Positions 24,351 through 34,782 of a stretch of 64,000 bases of DNA are shown here, in pieces. Location of the stretch: contig CAVUDP010000001.1 of assembly GCA_963740315.1 (NCBI GenBank), positions 160,001 to 224,000 on the forward strand, read 5' to 3'. The position numbers and the translations under genes are program-made. The DNA comes from an uncultured cyanobacterium (GTDB lineage Bacteria > Cyanobacteriota > Cyanobacteriia > Cyanobacteriales > Nostocaceae). Within the stretch, counting starts at the first letter, position 1, and each line of letters opens with the position of its first letter. The notes beneath the pieces were generated by a model. The model saw nothing but the letters and a program-made list of their open reading frames with translations, had not been told where the DNA came from and searched no databases.

Positions 24351-25289
24351 CTAATCCATACTACTAACAACTTCCATAAACTTTCCTGAAATAAAAGGTA
24401 AAATTTCTCGACTTTTTGCGTTGGCTTTCCCTTCTGTAAATACAATTAATAAATAAGGACGCTTATCCGGTATTTCGATATAAGCTGCGTCGTGAAGTAC
24501 CGAAGAAGTCCAACCTGCTTTTGACCAAATCTTCGCTTCTACAGGAAGACTTCCACCCAAAAATCCCGTTATTTGGTTTTCTTCTACATCAAGTGGTAAC
24601 TCTTCAGGATTTAAACTGCGCTTCATTATATTCATCATTTCTTGGGAACGTGTGGCGCTGACTGCAACCCCACCAACGATCGCGTGCAATAATCTGGCGA
24701 TCGCATTGGTATTTAACATATTACGATTTTCTAATAATTGTCCGTAAAATGCCCGTTCTCTTCCGTAGGGACCATCACCCCAAGTTTTCTGACATACGTT
24801 TACCGTGTCTAATTCTTCCCATCCCAAAGACTGCAAGTAGCGATTGACAATATTACGCTGCTGCTTCCAAGTTTCAAATGGTCCTAGTGGTAACTCTGGT
24901 CCGGAAGTTGTGCCGGTTAATATATCTACAATCAAGCTGGTGGCATCGTTACTCGAATCCACTATCATATCGCGCATGGCTCGCTCTAACTCAGCGGAAG
25001 TCTGTATCATTCCTTTTTGCAGCCATTCGTGTACTGCCAGCAAATAAAATAACTTGACTACAGAAGCCGGATAAATTCTTTCTCCACCGCGATAATTAAA
25101 ACCACGTACTGGATGATTCCAAAAAGCATTGGGAGTTAAAGCTCCACCAGTATTTACAGGTACCGGAGGATCGTAAATAATCCAAGTTAAGGCGATTTGG
25201 TTACGAGCTAACGTAGAAAATTTAGTCCAGGTGGCTTCTAAAATACTATTACCAAGTTGTTCGAGTTGTTCGTCGTGGTTAAAAAACAT
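24351..25289 (-). CDS. Class A beta-lactamase-like serine hydrolase
   Basis: PASVVKL (SxxK), SSNDAT (SxN), SKAGW, HDAAY. Confidence 0.9.
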   Translation of the reverse strand: MFFNHDEQLEQLGNSILEATWTKFSTLARNQIALTWIIYDPPVPVNTGGALTPNAFWNHPVRGFNYRGGERIYPASVVKLFYLLAVHEWLQKGMIQTSAELERAMRDMIVDSSNDATSLIVDILTGTTSGPELPLGPFETWKQQRNIVNRYLQSLGWEELDTVNVCQKTWGDGPYGRERAFYGQLLENRNMLNTNAIARLLHAIVGGVAVSATRSQEMMNIMKRSLNPEELPLDVEENQITGFLGGSLPVEAKIWSKAGWTSSVLHDAAYIEIPDKRPYLLIVFTEGKANAKSREILPFISGKFMEVVSSMD

Positions 25290-25341
25290 AGTCGTTGTCC
25301 GATTTTGAATTAAAATTCGTTGTTAATACTTACAGATTTTT

Positions 25342-26052
25342 ATGTTTCAAGCTCAATTGCAAGCAAACGTTGAATACGTAGCTAATGCCGATTTAAATAT
25401 CTACGATTCTCCCGAATGTCAGGATTTATCAACTCAAGCCGAGAAAGGTAGATATTTACGGGTAATCCCAGAATCAGCAAATCAAACTGCGGTACGGGTA
25501 TGCTTGTGTGAAGATGATTATCCCGGTTGGTTGGCGATCGCCAATGTAAATCATTTATCCCCAGCGGTTGAACCATTACACGTTGGATCGTTTTCAGAAG
25601 CACAAATAAAGCAACTGATTCCGGAAGTCATCGCTTTTACTCACAAAGCCATGCAACAACCAAATTACTACCTTTGGGGTGGTACCGTAGGACCAAATTT
25701 TGATTGCTCCGGGCTGATGCAAAAAGCGTTTGCTTCGGTAGGGATTCGCTTACCCAGAGATGCATACCAGCAAGAAGCTTTTCTCAAACAGGTTTGTACT
25801 GTAGAGAATTTTGATGCAAACTCTTTACAAAAAGGCGATTTAATCTTTTTTGGCACCCCTCAAAAAGCAACTCATGTAGGTCTTTATTTGGGAGATAATT
25901 GCTATATCCATAGTTCTGGCAAAGATAAAGGACGAAATGGTATTGGAATCGATCGTCTTTCGGAACAGGGAGACGAGGTTAGTCGGTCATATTATAAACA
26001 GTTACGTGGCGCAGGAAGGGTGGTAAGCAGTTACATCCCGCCATTCGGCTAA
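25342..26052 (+). CDS. NlpC/P60 (C40) cell-wall peptidase
   Basis: YLWGG...FDCSG, LPRDAYQQ, GDLIFF, HVGLYLG..YIHSS. Confidence 0.92.
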   Translation: MFQAQLQANVEYVANADLNIYDSPECQDLSTQAEKGRYLRVIPESANQTAVRVCLCEDDYPGWLAIANVNHLSPAVEPLHVGSFSEAQIKQLIPEVIAFTHKAMQQPNYYLWGGTVGPNFDCSGLMQKAFASVGIRLPRDAYQQEAFLKQVCTVENFDANSLQKGDLIFFGTPQKATHVGLYLGDNCYIHSSGKDKGRNGIGIDRLSEQGDEVSRSYYKQLRGAGRVVSSYIPPFG

Positions 26053-26067
26053 AAGGCTAAGGATAAA

Positions 26068-27081
26068 ATGATGATGAGAAATGGGTTTGTTTCTGAAAGA
26101 TTGACGGTTGAAGAAGATACAATGTCTTCCCTTCCGGATGTTTCGGTGGTGGTACCAGTGCATAACGAAGTGGAAAGTTTGCCCCATTTATTGGAAGCAA
26201 TTTCATCTACTTTGATTGATAGTAATTTGAGTTACGAAATTATCTGCGTTGATGACGGTTCTAACGATGGTTCCGTACAATTGCTTAAAGAAAAAGCACA
26301 AACGCGCACCGACCTAAAAAGCATAATTTTGCGGCGCAATTACGGTCAAACTGCGGCGATGGCAGCTGGTTTCTATCATGCACGGGGCAAGGCTATTGTA
26401 ACTTTAGATGCCGACTTACAAAACGACCCTGTTGATATCCCCATGCTTTTAGCAAAGCTGGAGGAAGGCTACGACTTAGTAAGTGGCTGGCGCAAGAATC
26501 GCCAAGATGCAGCCTTAAGCCGTTTATTACCTTCAAAAATTGCTAACTGGTTAATTCGTCGCGTTACCAGCGTTAACATTCATGATTATGGTTGTTCTCT
26601 TAAAGCCTATCGCACCGAGCTTGTAGCAGATATGAATTTATACGGAGAACTGCACCGCTTCTTACCTGCCCTAGCCTATATCGAAGGTGCAAGAATTACC
26701 GAAGTACCAGTTCGTCACCACGCACGCCGTTTTGGTAGCAGTAAATACGGTTTAGGTCGTACTTTCCGAGTAGTGATGGACTTGTTCACCATTGCTTTTA
26801 TGAAAAAATTCCTCAGTCGTCCGATGCACGTTTTTGGACTTTGGGGTTTAATTTTTATGGTTTTAGGTGGAGCAATGAGTACTTATCTCACCTGGGCTAA
26901 ATTAGTATTAGGTCAAGAAATTGGCGATCGCCCTTTATTAATCTTAGCCGTGTTGCTCTTAGTAACTGGGGTACAGCTATTTTGCTTCGGGTTGTTGGCT
27001 GAGTTATTAATGCGTACTTACCACGAATCCCAAGGTAGACCAATTTACCGAATTCGAGAAGTTGTTGAGAATAGGGAATAG
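26068..27081 (+). CDS. GT2 glycosyltransferase (ArnC/DPM synthase-like)
   Basis: VVVPVHNE, VDDGSND, RNYGQTAA, LDADLQND; two C-terminal TM segments. Confidence 0.92.
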   Translation: MMMRNGFVSERLTVEEDTMSSLPDVSVVVPVHNEVESLPHLLEAISSTLIDSNLSYEIICVDDGSNDGSVQLLKEKAQTRTDLKSIILRRNYGQTAAMAAGFYHARGKAIVTLDADLQNDPVDIPMLLAKLEEGYDLVSGWRKNRQDAALSRLLPSKIANWLIRRVTSVNIHDYGCSLKAYRTELVADMNLYGELHRFLPALAYIEGARITEVPVRHHARRFGSSKYGLGRTFRVVMDLFTIAFMKKFLSRPMHVFGLWGLIFMVLGGAMSTYLTWAKLVLGQEIGDRPLLILAVLLLVTGVQLFCFGLLAELLMRTYHESQGRPIYRIREVVENRE

Positions 27082-27124
27082 GGAATATTAAAGAATCATC
27101 ATAATTTAAATATTTAAATAATTA

Positions 27125-27158
27125 GACGCGGTAAATAATAAATACTGCGTCTTTTTTC
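27125..27158 (+). terminator. Probable terminator between convergent genes
   Basis: GACGCGGTA...TACTGCGTC hairpin followed by T6. Confidence 0.55.
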
Positions 27159-27182
27159 CTCAGATATTCCCTTTCAAAAATC

Positions 27183-28061
27183 CTACTCCTGCCGAAATCT
27201 GGAAAGCAATTCCTCGCGAGATAATTGTATTAGTAACGGAGAAAATTCCTCTGGAGTTAATCCTAATAATGGCTGAATAATCGCTGTTAGTTCATCATCC
27301 AAAGTGCCAAATCTTGCTTGCAATAAATTTTCTATAACAGTACGTTGTCCCTCTTGTCTAGCATCTGCTAATCTTTGTAGATAAATTGGTGATAAGCCCA
27401 TAAGTGCCTCCCTATCTTCTTCGTCTGGATTTTGTTTAACTTCTATCTGAGTCTTTAAACTCAATAATAAATCAATTGCTTTATCACGTAAGGGATTATT
27501 TTGGGGAAGGTTTTCTAATTCTTCTACCGCTATGCGCTGCACTCTTCCTTTACCTAAAAGTCTTAGCCATAAGGTTTCGTCCGTTCGAGGTAATTGATGG
27601 ATGGCGATAATTACGGTTTTGAGATAATCCCCCAGAAAATATACTCCTGCGCCCCAATTTTCTTCGTCGAGACTGGCTTTAAATCCATCTAATATAGTTG
27701 TAGATACCGTAGGCGACAAAATCCATAATTTAGGTAAATCGTCCTCTTTTATAAGAGTATTATCGCGTTTATTTTGGCGTTCTGCGTCAGCAATAATATA
27801 GAACAATTTGTTCATACAGCTACGGATTTCCGAAATTTTAACCGCACCTCTAAATGGTTCTATAAGTGCGGGTTTATCGGCTATTTTCCCTAATAATCCC
27901 AATTGTATGGCATCTGTGCTGGGTTGAGATGACGGTGCAAAGTAAACGTCAATTTCTCTAATTTCTGCGGGTACTTTTTTGCTAGTTTCTATTTTTCCGA
28001 GTGGCTGTAATAATTCTTCCAGATAGTCTTTAGCAAATTGATCGTATAGAAACCTAGTCAT
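27183..28061 (-). CDS. Rpn-like PD-(D/E)XK-family protein
   Basis: YDQFAKDYLEELL, EIDVYF, IEPFR, TLWLRLLG, C-terminal RFGTLD...LSREELL module typical of this expanded cyanobacterial family. Confidence 0.75.
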   Translation of the reverse strand: MTRFLYDQFAKDYLEELLQPLGKIETSKKVPAEIREIDVYFAPSSQPSTDAIQLGLLGKIADKPALIEPFRGAVKISEIRSCMNKLFYIIADAERQNKRDNTLIKEDDLPKLWILSPTVSTTILDGFKASLDEENWGAGVYFLGDYLKTVIIAIHQLPRTDETLWLRLLGKGRVQRIAVEELENLPQNNPLRDKAIDLLLSLKTQIEVKQNPDEEDREALMGLSPIYLQRLADARQEGQRTVIENLLQARFGTLDDELTAIIQPLLGLTPEEFSPLLIQLSREELLSRFRQE

Positions 28062-28274
28062 TAGATAATCATTGTTAACTTCCGTCCAATTTTATATTCT
28101 TGAGAGAAATTCACATAACCCTTGTTGTGTAAGCTCACATCTCTTATAATCAATCTCTTCCGACCATATTATGTGAAGTAATGTAACATAGATTTTGTAG
28201 TCTACTATTCCGGCGTTGTCATAAACCGTAAATAAAAAACTACAAATCGCATACCTCACATAACTGCATCTGCC

Positions 28275-29510
28275 GTGAAAATTTTCTTCTCACTTGATAG
28301 TCAAGTACGGCGAAACCTGCTGGTTTTATTCGCAGCAGGTTTATTATTTTGGGCTAGTCTGGCTTCGTTATTACCAACTTTACCGCTTTATATCGAAGAT
28401 ATTGGAGCGACAAAACAGCAAATAGGCTTTGTAATGGGTAGCTTTGCCATCGGATTATTATTATTTCGCCCATTGTTAGGTCAATTAGCAGATAAACGCG
28501 GTCGAAAAATCGTGTTGATAATCGGTATTTTATCAGCTGCGATCGCGCCAATTGGCTACAATTTTGTTCAATCTATACCGCTGTTAATGGTAATTCGCGC
28601 TTTTCACGGTATCAGTATCGCGGCTTTTTCTACTGCATTTTTAGCATTAGTTGCAGATATCGCACCCGTACAAAATCGGGGGGAATTAATTGGCTATATG
28701 AGTCTAGTTAACCCGGTTGGTTTGGCAATTGGACCGGCATTGGGCGGTTATTTAATGGAAGCTTATGGTTACACTTCATTATTTATATTATCTACTGTTT
28801 TGGCTTGTTTGGGATTATTGTGTACCATACCAATTATTAATCCAATGGTTCAGGCAGAGGAGCAAATTGTAAATAACGATAGTCCATTTTGGCAGAAGTT
28901 GATTAGTCCTAGAGTTAGAATTCCGGCTATTCTCTTATTAATTATTGGTTTGACGCTCGGAAGTTTACATACTTTCGTACCGTTATTTATCAAATCAACC
29001 GAAGTAGATTTAAACCCTGGATTATTTTACACGGCAGTAGCGATCGCCAGTTTTTGTTCTCGGTTATTTTGCGGAAGAGCTAGCGATAAATTAGGTCGCG
29101 GTTTATTTATCACTTCAAGTTTAATTTGCTACAGTGTGGCAATGGTATTGTTATGGACGGCTAATGATTCGATTGATTTCTTATTCGCAGCAACACTACA
29201 AGGAATTGGTAGTGGTACGATAATTCCGACGATCGCGGCGATGATAACAGATAGAAGTTATCCCCACGAAAGAGGGCGGACGTTTAGTTTGTGTATGGTA
29301 GGTTTTGACGTTGGTGTAGCGCTTGCCGGACCAATTTTTGGTATCGTTGCCACTGGAATTGGCTATCGCAACATATTCGGATTTAACTTTGCGATCGCCT
29401 TAGTAGCGGTAATTATCTTTATGACTTTATCGAGCAAAAACCTACCCGCTTCCTTACGCTTCGCCTTTGGACGCGGTGTCGATATTTACTCGCTAAATGT
29501 TAAGAGTTAG
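28275..29510 (+). CDS. MFS transporter
   Basis: About 12 TM segments; GQLADKRGRK and GRASDKLGR MFS motifs. Confidence 0.93.
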   Translation: MKIFFSLDSQVRRNLLVLFAAGLLFWASLASLLPTLPLYIEDIGATKQQIGFVMGSFAIGLLLFRPLLGQLADKRGRKIVLIIGILSAAIAPIGYNFVQSIPLLMVIRAFHGISIAAFSTAFLALVADIAPVQNRGELIGYMSLVNPVGLAIGPALGGYLMEAYGYTSLFILSTVLACLGLLCTIPIINPMVQAEEQIVNNDSPFWQKLISPRVRIPAILLLIIGLTLGSLHTFVPLFIKSTEVDLNPGLFYTAVAIASFCSRLFCGRASDKLGRGLFITSSLICYSVAMVLLWTANDSIDFLFAATLQGIGSGTIIPTIAAMITDRSYPHERGRTFSLCMVGFDVGVALAGPIFGIVATGIGYRNIFGFNFAIALVAVIIFMTLSSKNLPASLRFAFGRGVDIYSLNVKS

Positions 29511-29572
29511 GAGTTATTAAGGTTAAAGGTCTGCATGTCAAAGGTCTGCATGTCAAAGGTTAAAATTATTTT

Positions 29573-29712
29573 TGTCCCCTTGTCCCCTTGTCTCCCCATC
29601 CCCCCATCTCCCCCTCTCCCCCTTCGGGTTGCGCCACTTCTCTCAACGGAGGGAGACGACCCACGAGAGTGGCTTACCATCTCCCCCTCTCCCCCCTCTC
29701 CCCATTCCCCAA
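29573..29712. repeat. STRR tract with an embedded small dispersed hairpin element
   Basis: CCCCTTGT/CCCCATCT/CCCCCTCT units around a GCCACTTCTC...GAGAGTGGC stem (about 29633-29674). Confidence 0.65.
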
Positions 29713-29713
29713 T

Positions 29714-30823
29714 CTATCTTTTTAATAAAGTAAACCAAAATCGGGAACCTCCACTTTCACGAGGGGTAAAACCGATTTCTCCTCCCCAACGTTCAACTGT
29801 AATTTTACAGAAATACAGTCCGAGTCCGGATTTACCCGATTTTTTTTTCCCTTGAGTAAACTTTTGAAATAAACTATCGGCAATTTCTTCTGGTACGCCA
29901 CTGCCTTCATCTTCTACGCTGACAAGAATATATTCTTGTTGCTGCTGTAAGTTTACAGTAACGGTAGAATCTTGCGGACTGTGACGAAAAGCATTTTCGA
30001 TCAAGTTTGCTAAAATCCAATCCAAACGCGATTTATCACCAACTATTCGCCAATCTGCGGCTATATCTATATCATCTGCAAGTTGTAAGCGCATTTGATT
30101 CAATGCAAAAGTCGGCGTTAACAACTCAACAACATCACGCGCTGACACTAAAGCATCTGGTGCTGTTTCATCACCATCTGCAAAGCTTTCTAAGGATTCA
30201 ACTTCTTTAGAAAATGCGTTCAAAATTTGTCGAATCAGCATTTCTTGTTTGATAGTTTGCTTTCTACCGATTTCTAAACGTTCTTTACCTTTTTTTGTTA
30301 GATTTTCTAATTCTAATAGAGCTAAACAACAGTTGATACCGCTTAATTGTCCGGCAACATCATGAATTATGCAGTGAATTAAAACTTCTTTTTTCTGATT
30401 TTCTTTAATAATATGTTGATAATTGAGCTTATTCTCTCTCGCTTGTTGAATTAGGCTTTGTCTCTCTGTATAAGCATCGCTCATCATTTCAATCAGCAAG
30501 ATTTTTTTCTGCGAAACAAAAATAGCGGAAGCTTCAAAATGAAATTCCTTACCAGATATATCTAAATCGCTCCATATTCCCGATTTTAAGGGTTTTTGCT
30601 CGCTATTTTGCCAATATTCTTCCGCATCAATCAAAAAGTTTTCTACAAAAGGAAAATCTTCTTCAGGAATTAAAATTTCTGTCTCTGACTTTAAGTTTTT
30701 GCGACAAAATCGCCTTACCCATTTGGGAATATCTCCGATAATTTTAAATCTATCGACATCAACCCGTTCTAAAACTAAAATATTTAAAGCAGCAAAAATT
30801 TCTGCCGTTACAGCTTCACTCAT
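29714..30823 (-). CDS. Cytoplasmic sensor histidine kinase
   Basis: IIHDV H-box, NLIENAFRH N-box, DEGSG, GLGLYFC; no TM segment. Confidence 0.9.
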   Translation of the reverse strand: MSEAVTAEIFAALNILVLERVDVDRFKIIGDIPKWVRRFCRKNLKSETEILIPEEDFPFVENFLIDAEEYWQNSEQKPLKSGIWSDLDISGKEFHFEASAIFVSQKKILLIEMMSDAYTERQSLIQQARENKLNYQHIIKENQKKEVLIHCIIHDVAGQLSGINCCLALLELENLTKKGKERLEIGRKQTIKQEMLIRQILNAFSKEVESLESFADGDETAPDALVSARDVVELLTPTFALNQMRLQLADDIDIAADWRIVGDKSRLDWILANLIENAFRHSPQDSTVTVNLQQQQEYILVSVEDEGSGVPEEIADSLFQKFTQGKKKSGKSGLGLYFCKITVERWGGEIGFTPRESGGSRFWFTLLKR

Positions 30824-30880
30824 AATTAGACAGTCGTAAAATCATTTTTAAAAATATTTATTCCCCATATAATATTACTA

Positions 30881-31258
30881 TTATTTGCGTTCCATTAAAC
30901 GGGAAGAGTTTACTTGCTGTTGAACTTTAAATATCTGTATTTCATCCCAAGTTGCATCTAATAATAATACCCAATCTCCATCTTTTTCCGGAACTAAATG
31001 CACATCCGCACAAATTCCATTATTAGTTTTGACGCAGGGTAGAAACAAGGGAAAACCATCAAGTGGTAAAAGTCCTTCCAGGAAGAAAATTTGTTGACTG
31101 GCATCTTCCCCTCGTTTTAAATTGCTTACTCCATATTCAGTTAAATCACCACCCCAACTAATTAAACACCCATCTTTACCTACAAAAAGATATGCCAGAG
31201 AACGGCTTTCTTGCATAAAATTAATCAGATAAGTACTGACAGGGAAGGGGATATCCAT
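30881..31258 (-). CDS. Hypothetical protein, possibly PAS-like, in the GTPase operon
   Basis: 125 aa from MDIPFPV (ORF extends to 31288); ADVHLVP..GDWVLLLDAT beta-hairpin pattern. Confidence 0.7.
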   Translation of the reverse strand: MDIPFPVSTYLINFMQESRSLAYLFVGKDGCLISWGGDLTEYGVSNLKRGEDASQQIFFLEGLLPLDGFPLFLPCVKTNNGICADVHLVPEKDGDWVLLLDATWDEIQIFKVQQQVNSSRLMERK

Positions 31259-31262
31259 GTAT

Positions 31263-31760
31263 TCATCCCTCCAGTATTTTTGTAGCAAGTGTATTAAAAA
31301 TTTCTTCTACATTCAATCCAGTTTTTGCACTCGTTTTGATCGCAGTCCATCCTTTTTGTTCAATAGCTTCGATATTTGCAGAATCTAACTCCCATTCATC
31401 TTGTAAATCCCATTTATTCAAAACCAAAATAAAAGGTAATTTACCCAAATTCTCTTCAACTCGTTGTTGTAAATCAACGGCTGTTTGTAAAGTGCTTTTT
31501 CGCGTTCCATCCACTACCAATAAATAACCTGATGAACCCCTCAAATAAGAAGTTCTTAATTTCTGAAATTCATCTTCTCCATACAAATCCCATAGAATTA
31601 GATTCAATTCTTGTTCTTTTACTGTTAGTGTTTTTTTATCAATTTTCACCCCTACAGTTGTTTGATATTTTTCCGAAAATATGCTGTAAACAAATTTAGC
31701 TACCAAGCTTGTTTTACCAGTAGCAAATGCACCCACCATACAGATTTTTTTCTGGAGCAT
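31263..31760 (-). CDS. Rab/Ras-like small GTPase (prokaryotic Rup type)
   Basis: G1 GAFATGKTS, G2 TTVG, G3 WDLYG, G4 NKWD, G5 SAK; 165 aa; no CAAX. Confidence 0.93.
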   Translation of the reverse strand: MLQKKICMVGAFATGKTSLVAKFVYSIFSEKYQTTVGVKIDKKTLTVKEQELNLILWDLYGEDEFQKLRTSYLRGSSGYLLVVDGTRKSTLQTAVDLQQRVEENLGKLPFILVLNKWDLQDEWELDSANIEAIEQKGWTAIKTSAKTGLNVEEIFNTLATKILEG

Positions 31761-31776
31761 TAAGTTTTATACTTCT

Positions 31777-33558
31777 TTATTTAGTAATGTCGTCTATCAT
31801 AACTTTGAATTCGACTCTACGATTGAATCTTTTATCTTTTTCACTTAATTCCGAAGGCAAAATCTCTTCAGAACCTAATGCTTTTGTACTAAATTTCTTT
31901 TTATTAATACCCACTGATGCGAAATAAGTTAAAATCCTCTTCGCACGATTTTGAGAAAGTTTGATATTTGCTTTTTTGTCTCCGGCGCTATCTGTATGTC
32001 CTAAGATTTCAATTAATATATCTTTTTCTAGAAATTTACCCGCAGCAATCAGTTTTTGTAGTTTCGGTACTAATTTAATGACTTTTTCTGATTCACCAGG
32101 TAAAAACTGGGTTGTACCCTTTTCAAACAGTACTGTTACTTCTTCGACTTCTTTTTTATAAGTATTAAGTTGGTCAATATCTAAATCCTGTAAATCTTTA
32201 TCTTGATATTCAGTTATACCAAGAAGAGACAAGGATGATTTTCGTTCTCTCGCGGACAAAATCCACTCGCGAGATGCAGAACCTGTAGCCTTCAGAACGG
32301 CATTTTTATCAAGTTTTAGAGTAACTGTTTTCGGTTTTTGTAATAGCTTCGCGGCTCTTTTTTCAATAATTTTTGCCTCCAAGGAGACAAAAGGTTTCCA
32401 TTGATAAATAATTGCTTTGGGATTGAGATTAGCTTGTTTTGTTAGCTTCTCTGGTTCGATCGCTAACGGATCTCGCATCCCTTGAATAAAACTTTTTCCA
32501 TTCTTTTTACCAGTTTTAGTTATTACAATTCCCGGTTGCTCTGCCAAAGTTTGTACGTAACTATTCCAGCGTTGATTGTCTCTAATTGCAACAAATCCCC
32601 AAACACCTAATACTATTGCCAGTATACCTAAAACAACCCATGCATAAGTATAGTTATTTTTTTTCTCAGGAGCTTGATAGCGAGATTCTAAACAAGCTTG
32701 TAAATACGGCTGACTGGCTGCAAAAGGCTCTGTATCCCCAGAAAAATCATGTATTTCTTTACTTAATTTCAAATGTATTTTTTCTATCGTATTTTGAAAT
32801 ACAATCCTTAATTCCTCTGGTGCATTTCCGCGAATAATACCCGCTAAAACACAGGAGGGTCCTTCTTCAATCCAAATAGTAAGTTCGCCAAACTCCAAAG
32901 TATGCAAACTCTCATGTTTTCGCACATCAAACGAATCTTTGACAAAATCTTGAATTGCACTCAACATCGCCGAAACCAAAGACGGATCTTGAGCGGATAC
33001 CATCGGCGCTATTATATGTTGCAGCATCAATCCGCTGTGTTTGTGAATCAGAAATATCTGCTCGACGCGATAAACCAGCGTTCGCAACAATACAACTTCT
33101 GCAAAGGATTTTCCCGTTTGTTTAGCTTCTATTCTCCACTTCAAACTTTGCGGTGAAACGCTGTGTTCCAAAGTTTGATTGAACGACTGCAACATTGAAT
33201 CCATAGCAGTGGCGATCGCCTTGCGTATGGCGGGACCCATAATCGGGAACATTGCCTCGGAAAGTACGTTAATATCTTTCTTTACAGAAGAGTTAATCGC
33301 TTGCTCGATGCTGGGAACCATCGCATTAGATAGGCGATCGTCCTGCATTGTCCGCAAAATCACCGCTTCTGGAAGCATCTGACTGATATCTTCAGCATCA
33401 ACTTCAGGATTATCCAGTTTTTCGTAAAACCGATGCAGTTTTGGTGGCTCGATTCCTAAAAGCAAACTCCTTAACTCGCTTAATTCTCCTAATTCGTTTA
33501 ATTCATTATTTAAGGATTCTTTCTCTACTTGATTCCCGTTAGAGTCACTCATCGGCAA
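31777..33558 (-). CDS. Membrane protein with C-terminal OmpA peptidoglycan-binding domain and cytoplasmic longin/roadblock-like domain
   Basis: One TM (AWVVLGILAIVLGVWGFV); GHTD..G...N..LS..RA and NRRVEF OmpA motifs. Confidence 0.88.
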   Translation of the reverse strand: MPMSDSNGNQVEKESLNNELNELGELSELRSLLLGIEPPKLHRFYEKLDNPEVDAEDISQMLPEAVILRTMQDDRLSNAMVPSIEQAINSSVKKDINVLSEAMFPIMGPAIRKAIATAMDSMLQSFNQTLEHSVSPQSLKWRIEAKQTGKSFAEVVLLRTLVYRVEQIFLIHKHSGLMLQHIIAPMVSAQDPSLVSAMLSAIQDFVKDSFDVRKHESLHTLEFGELTIWIEEGPSCVLAGIIRGNAPEELRIVFQNTIEKIHLKLSKEIHDFSGDTEPFAASQPYLQACLESRYQAPEKKNNYTYAWVVLGILAIVLGVWGFVAIRDNQRWNSYVQTLAEQPGIVITKTGKKNGKSFIQGMRDPLAIEPEKLTKQANLNPKAIIYQWKPFVSLEAKIIEKRAAKLLQKPKTVTLKLDKNAVLKATGSASREWILSARERKSSLSLLGITEYQDKDLQDLDIDQLNTYKKEVEEVTVLFEKGTTQFLPGESEKVIKLVPKLQKLIAAGKFLEKDILIEILGHTDSAGDKKANIKLSQNRAKRILTYFASVGINKKKFSTKALGSEEILPSELSEKDKRFNRRVEFKVMIDDITK

Positions 33559-33616
33559 AACTTTTAGATTTAATTATATTTAATTAGATGTATATAAATT
33601 ACCCTTCTTTAAATAG

Positions 33617-33659
33617 AAAAGCCATTCATTAGGCTACATTAATTAAATGAATGGCTTTT
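33617..33659. other. Intra-operon inverted repeat
   Basis: AAAAGCCATTCATT...AATGAATGGCTTTT, 14-bp perfect arms. Confidence 0.6.
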
Positions 33660-33668
33660 ACAAGCTTC

Positions 33669-34268
33669 TTATTGAGAATTCAACCGCAATGCTAATTCGG
33701 AAAACAAAGCCGCCAATTGAGAGCGATCTGTTTTTTCGTTGCGAAGTTCGTAAGTTTCTCGCTCTAGTAAACCGACAATTTCTTCATACTTTTGTCGAAT
33801 ATCATCTTGTAAAGTTTGAGATTGATTTAAAATTGAGGAGCGTAACTCTCGCTGAGTTTTACTTGCTTCTTCATCAATGTCAGCCATCTTTTTCTCTAAA
33901 GATTCAGCAAGTTTTCTTTGTTCTTCATTAATCGCCTTTACTGCTTCATCGCGCTTTACTTGCTCGTTTTTAGCTCTAGCACTCAAAGAGTCTGCTTCTT
34001 CTTTGATATAATTTTCTAAGGAATCGAGTCGCTTCCTGGTTTCATCTCTCAAATCCGTACATTCTTTAACCAAACGCTCTTCCAAACGAGAAAACTTTTT
34101 ATCTAACTCTCGCATTTGAGAGCCAACTAAAATGTCTCGAACCTTATGCAAACTATTATTTTCATGAATCTCAGGATTACTATATTCTAAAGGCTTACTG
34201 ATATCTCTACTTGACATCATTTGCGCTGTTTCAAGAGAAATATTATTGCTGTATTCTTCTGATTTCAT
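33669..34268 (-). CDS. Coiled-coil hypothetical protein, first gene of the GTPase operon
   Basis: KVRDILVGSQMR...KTDRSQLAALFSELALRL; charged heptads. Confidence 0.8.
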   Translation of the reverse strand: MKSEEYSNNISLETAQMMSSRDISKPLEYSNPEIHENNSLHKVRDILVGSQMRELDKKFSRLEERLVKECTDLRDETRKRLDSLENYIKEEADSLSARAKNEQVKRDEAVKAINEEQRKLAESLEKKMADIDEEASKTQRELRSSILNQSQTLQDDIRQKYEEIVGLLERETYELRNEKTDRSQLAALFSELALRLNSQ

Positions 34269-34782
34269 ACTTCAAATTCCTAGTAAAATCTTTCTATTCC
34301 ATTAACGAACTTGTAGCTTTATGTACGCACCCGAAGAATATATCTGTCTTCTTTTTCACTTTAATTTGGCGGTAGATTTTTACTACTTATTCAAATAGCA
34401 TCTTAAAATTGGTACTTATAAAGCATCCTCCTTAAGATTGACATTGTATTATCCATTATAAAAATTTATTATGAACATAATTATTCGTAACTAATTTTAA
34501 TTGCGTTTGCCCTGTATAAAGGTTTGTCAATCGGTAGAAAATACCACACATTTAATTTGGGAAAATACAAAGGATTGCTTTCGATTTATTAGCGGCAGGC
34601 TATTTATCGATCGCTTAAATAACAATGGGCAATAATTAATTGTAAAAGGCTCGCAAGTAAAATTCTACTTTTATATATTTTTGTAAATAAATATATCTAT
34701 CATCTGGGCAACTAAATATTGACGCTACTCCACTACAATAAAAGTGAAGAAATTTGAAATTTACTCCGTTTTCTGCAATCAT

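Noticed and set aside
29535..29855. 106 aa Pro-rich ORF
   Set aside because: Translation of STRR repeats, antisense to the kinase 3' end
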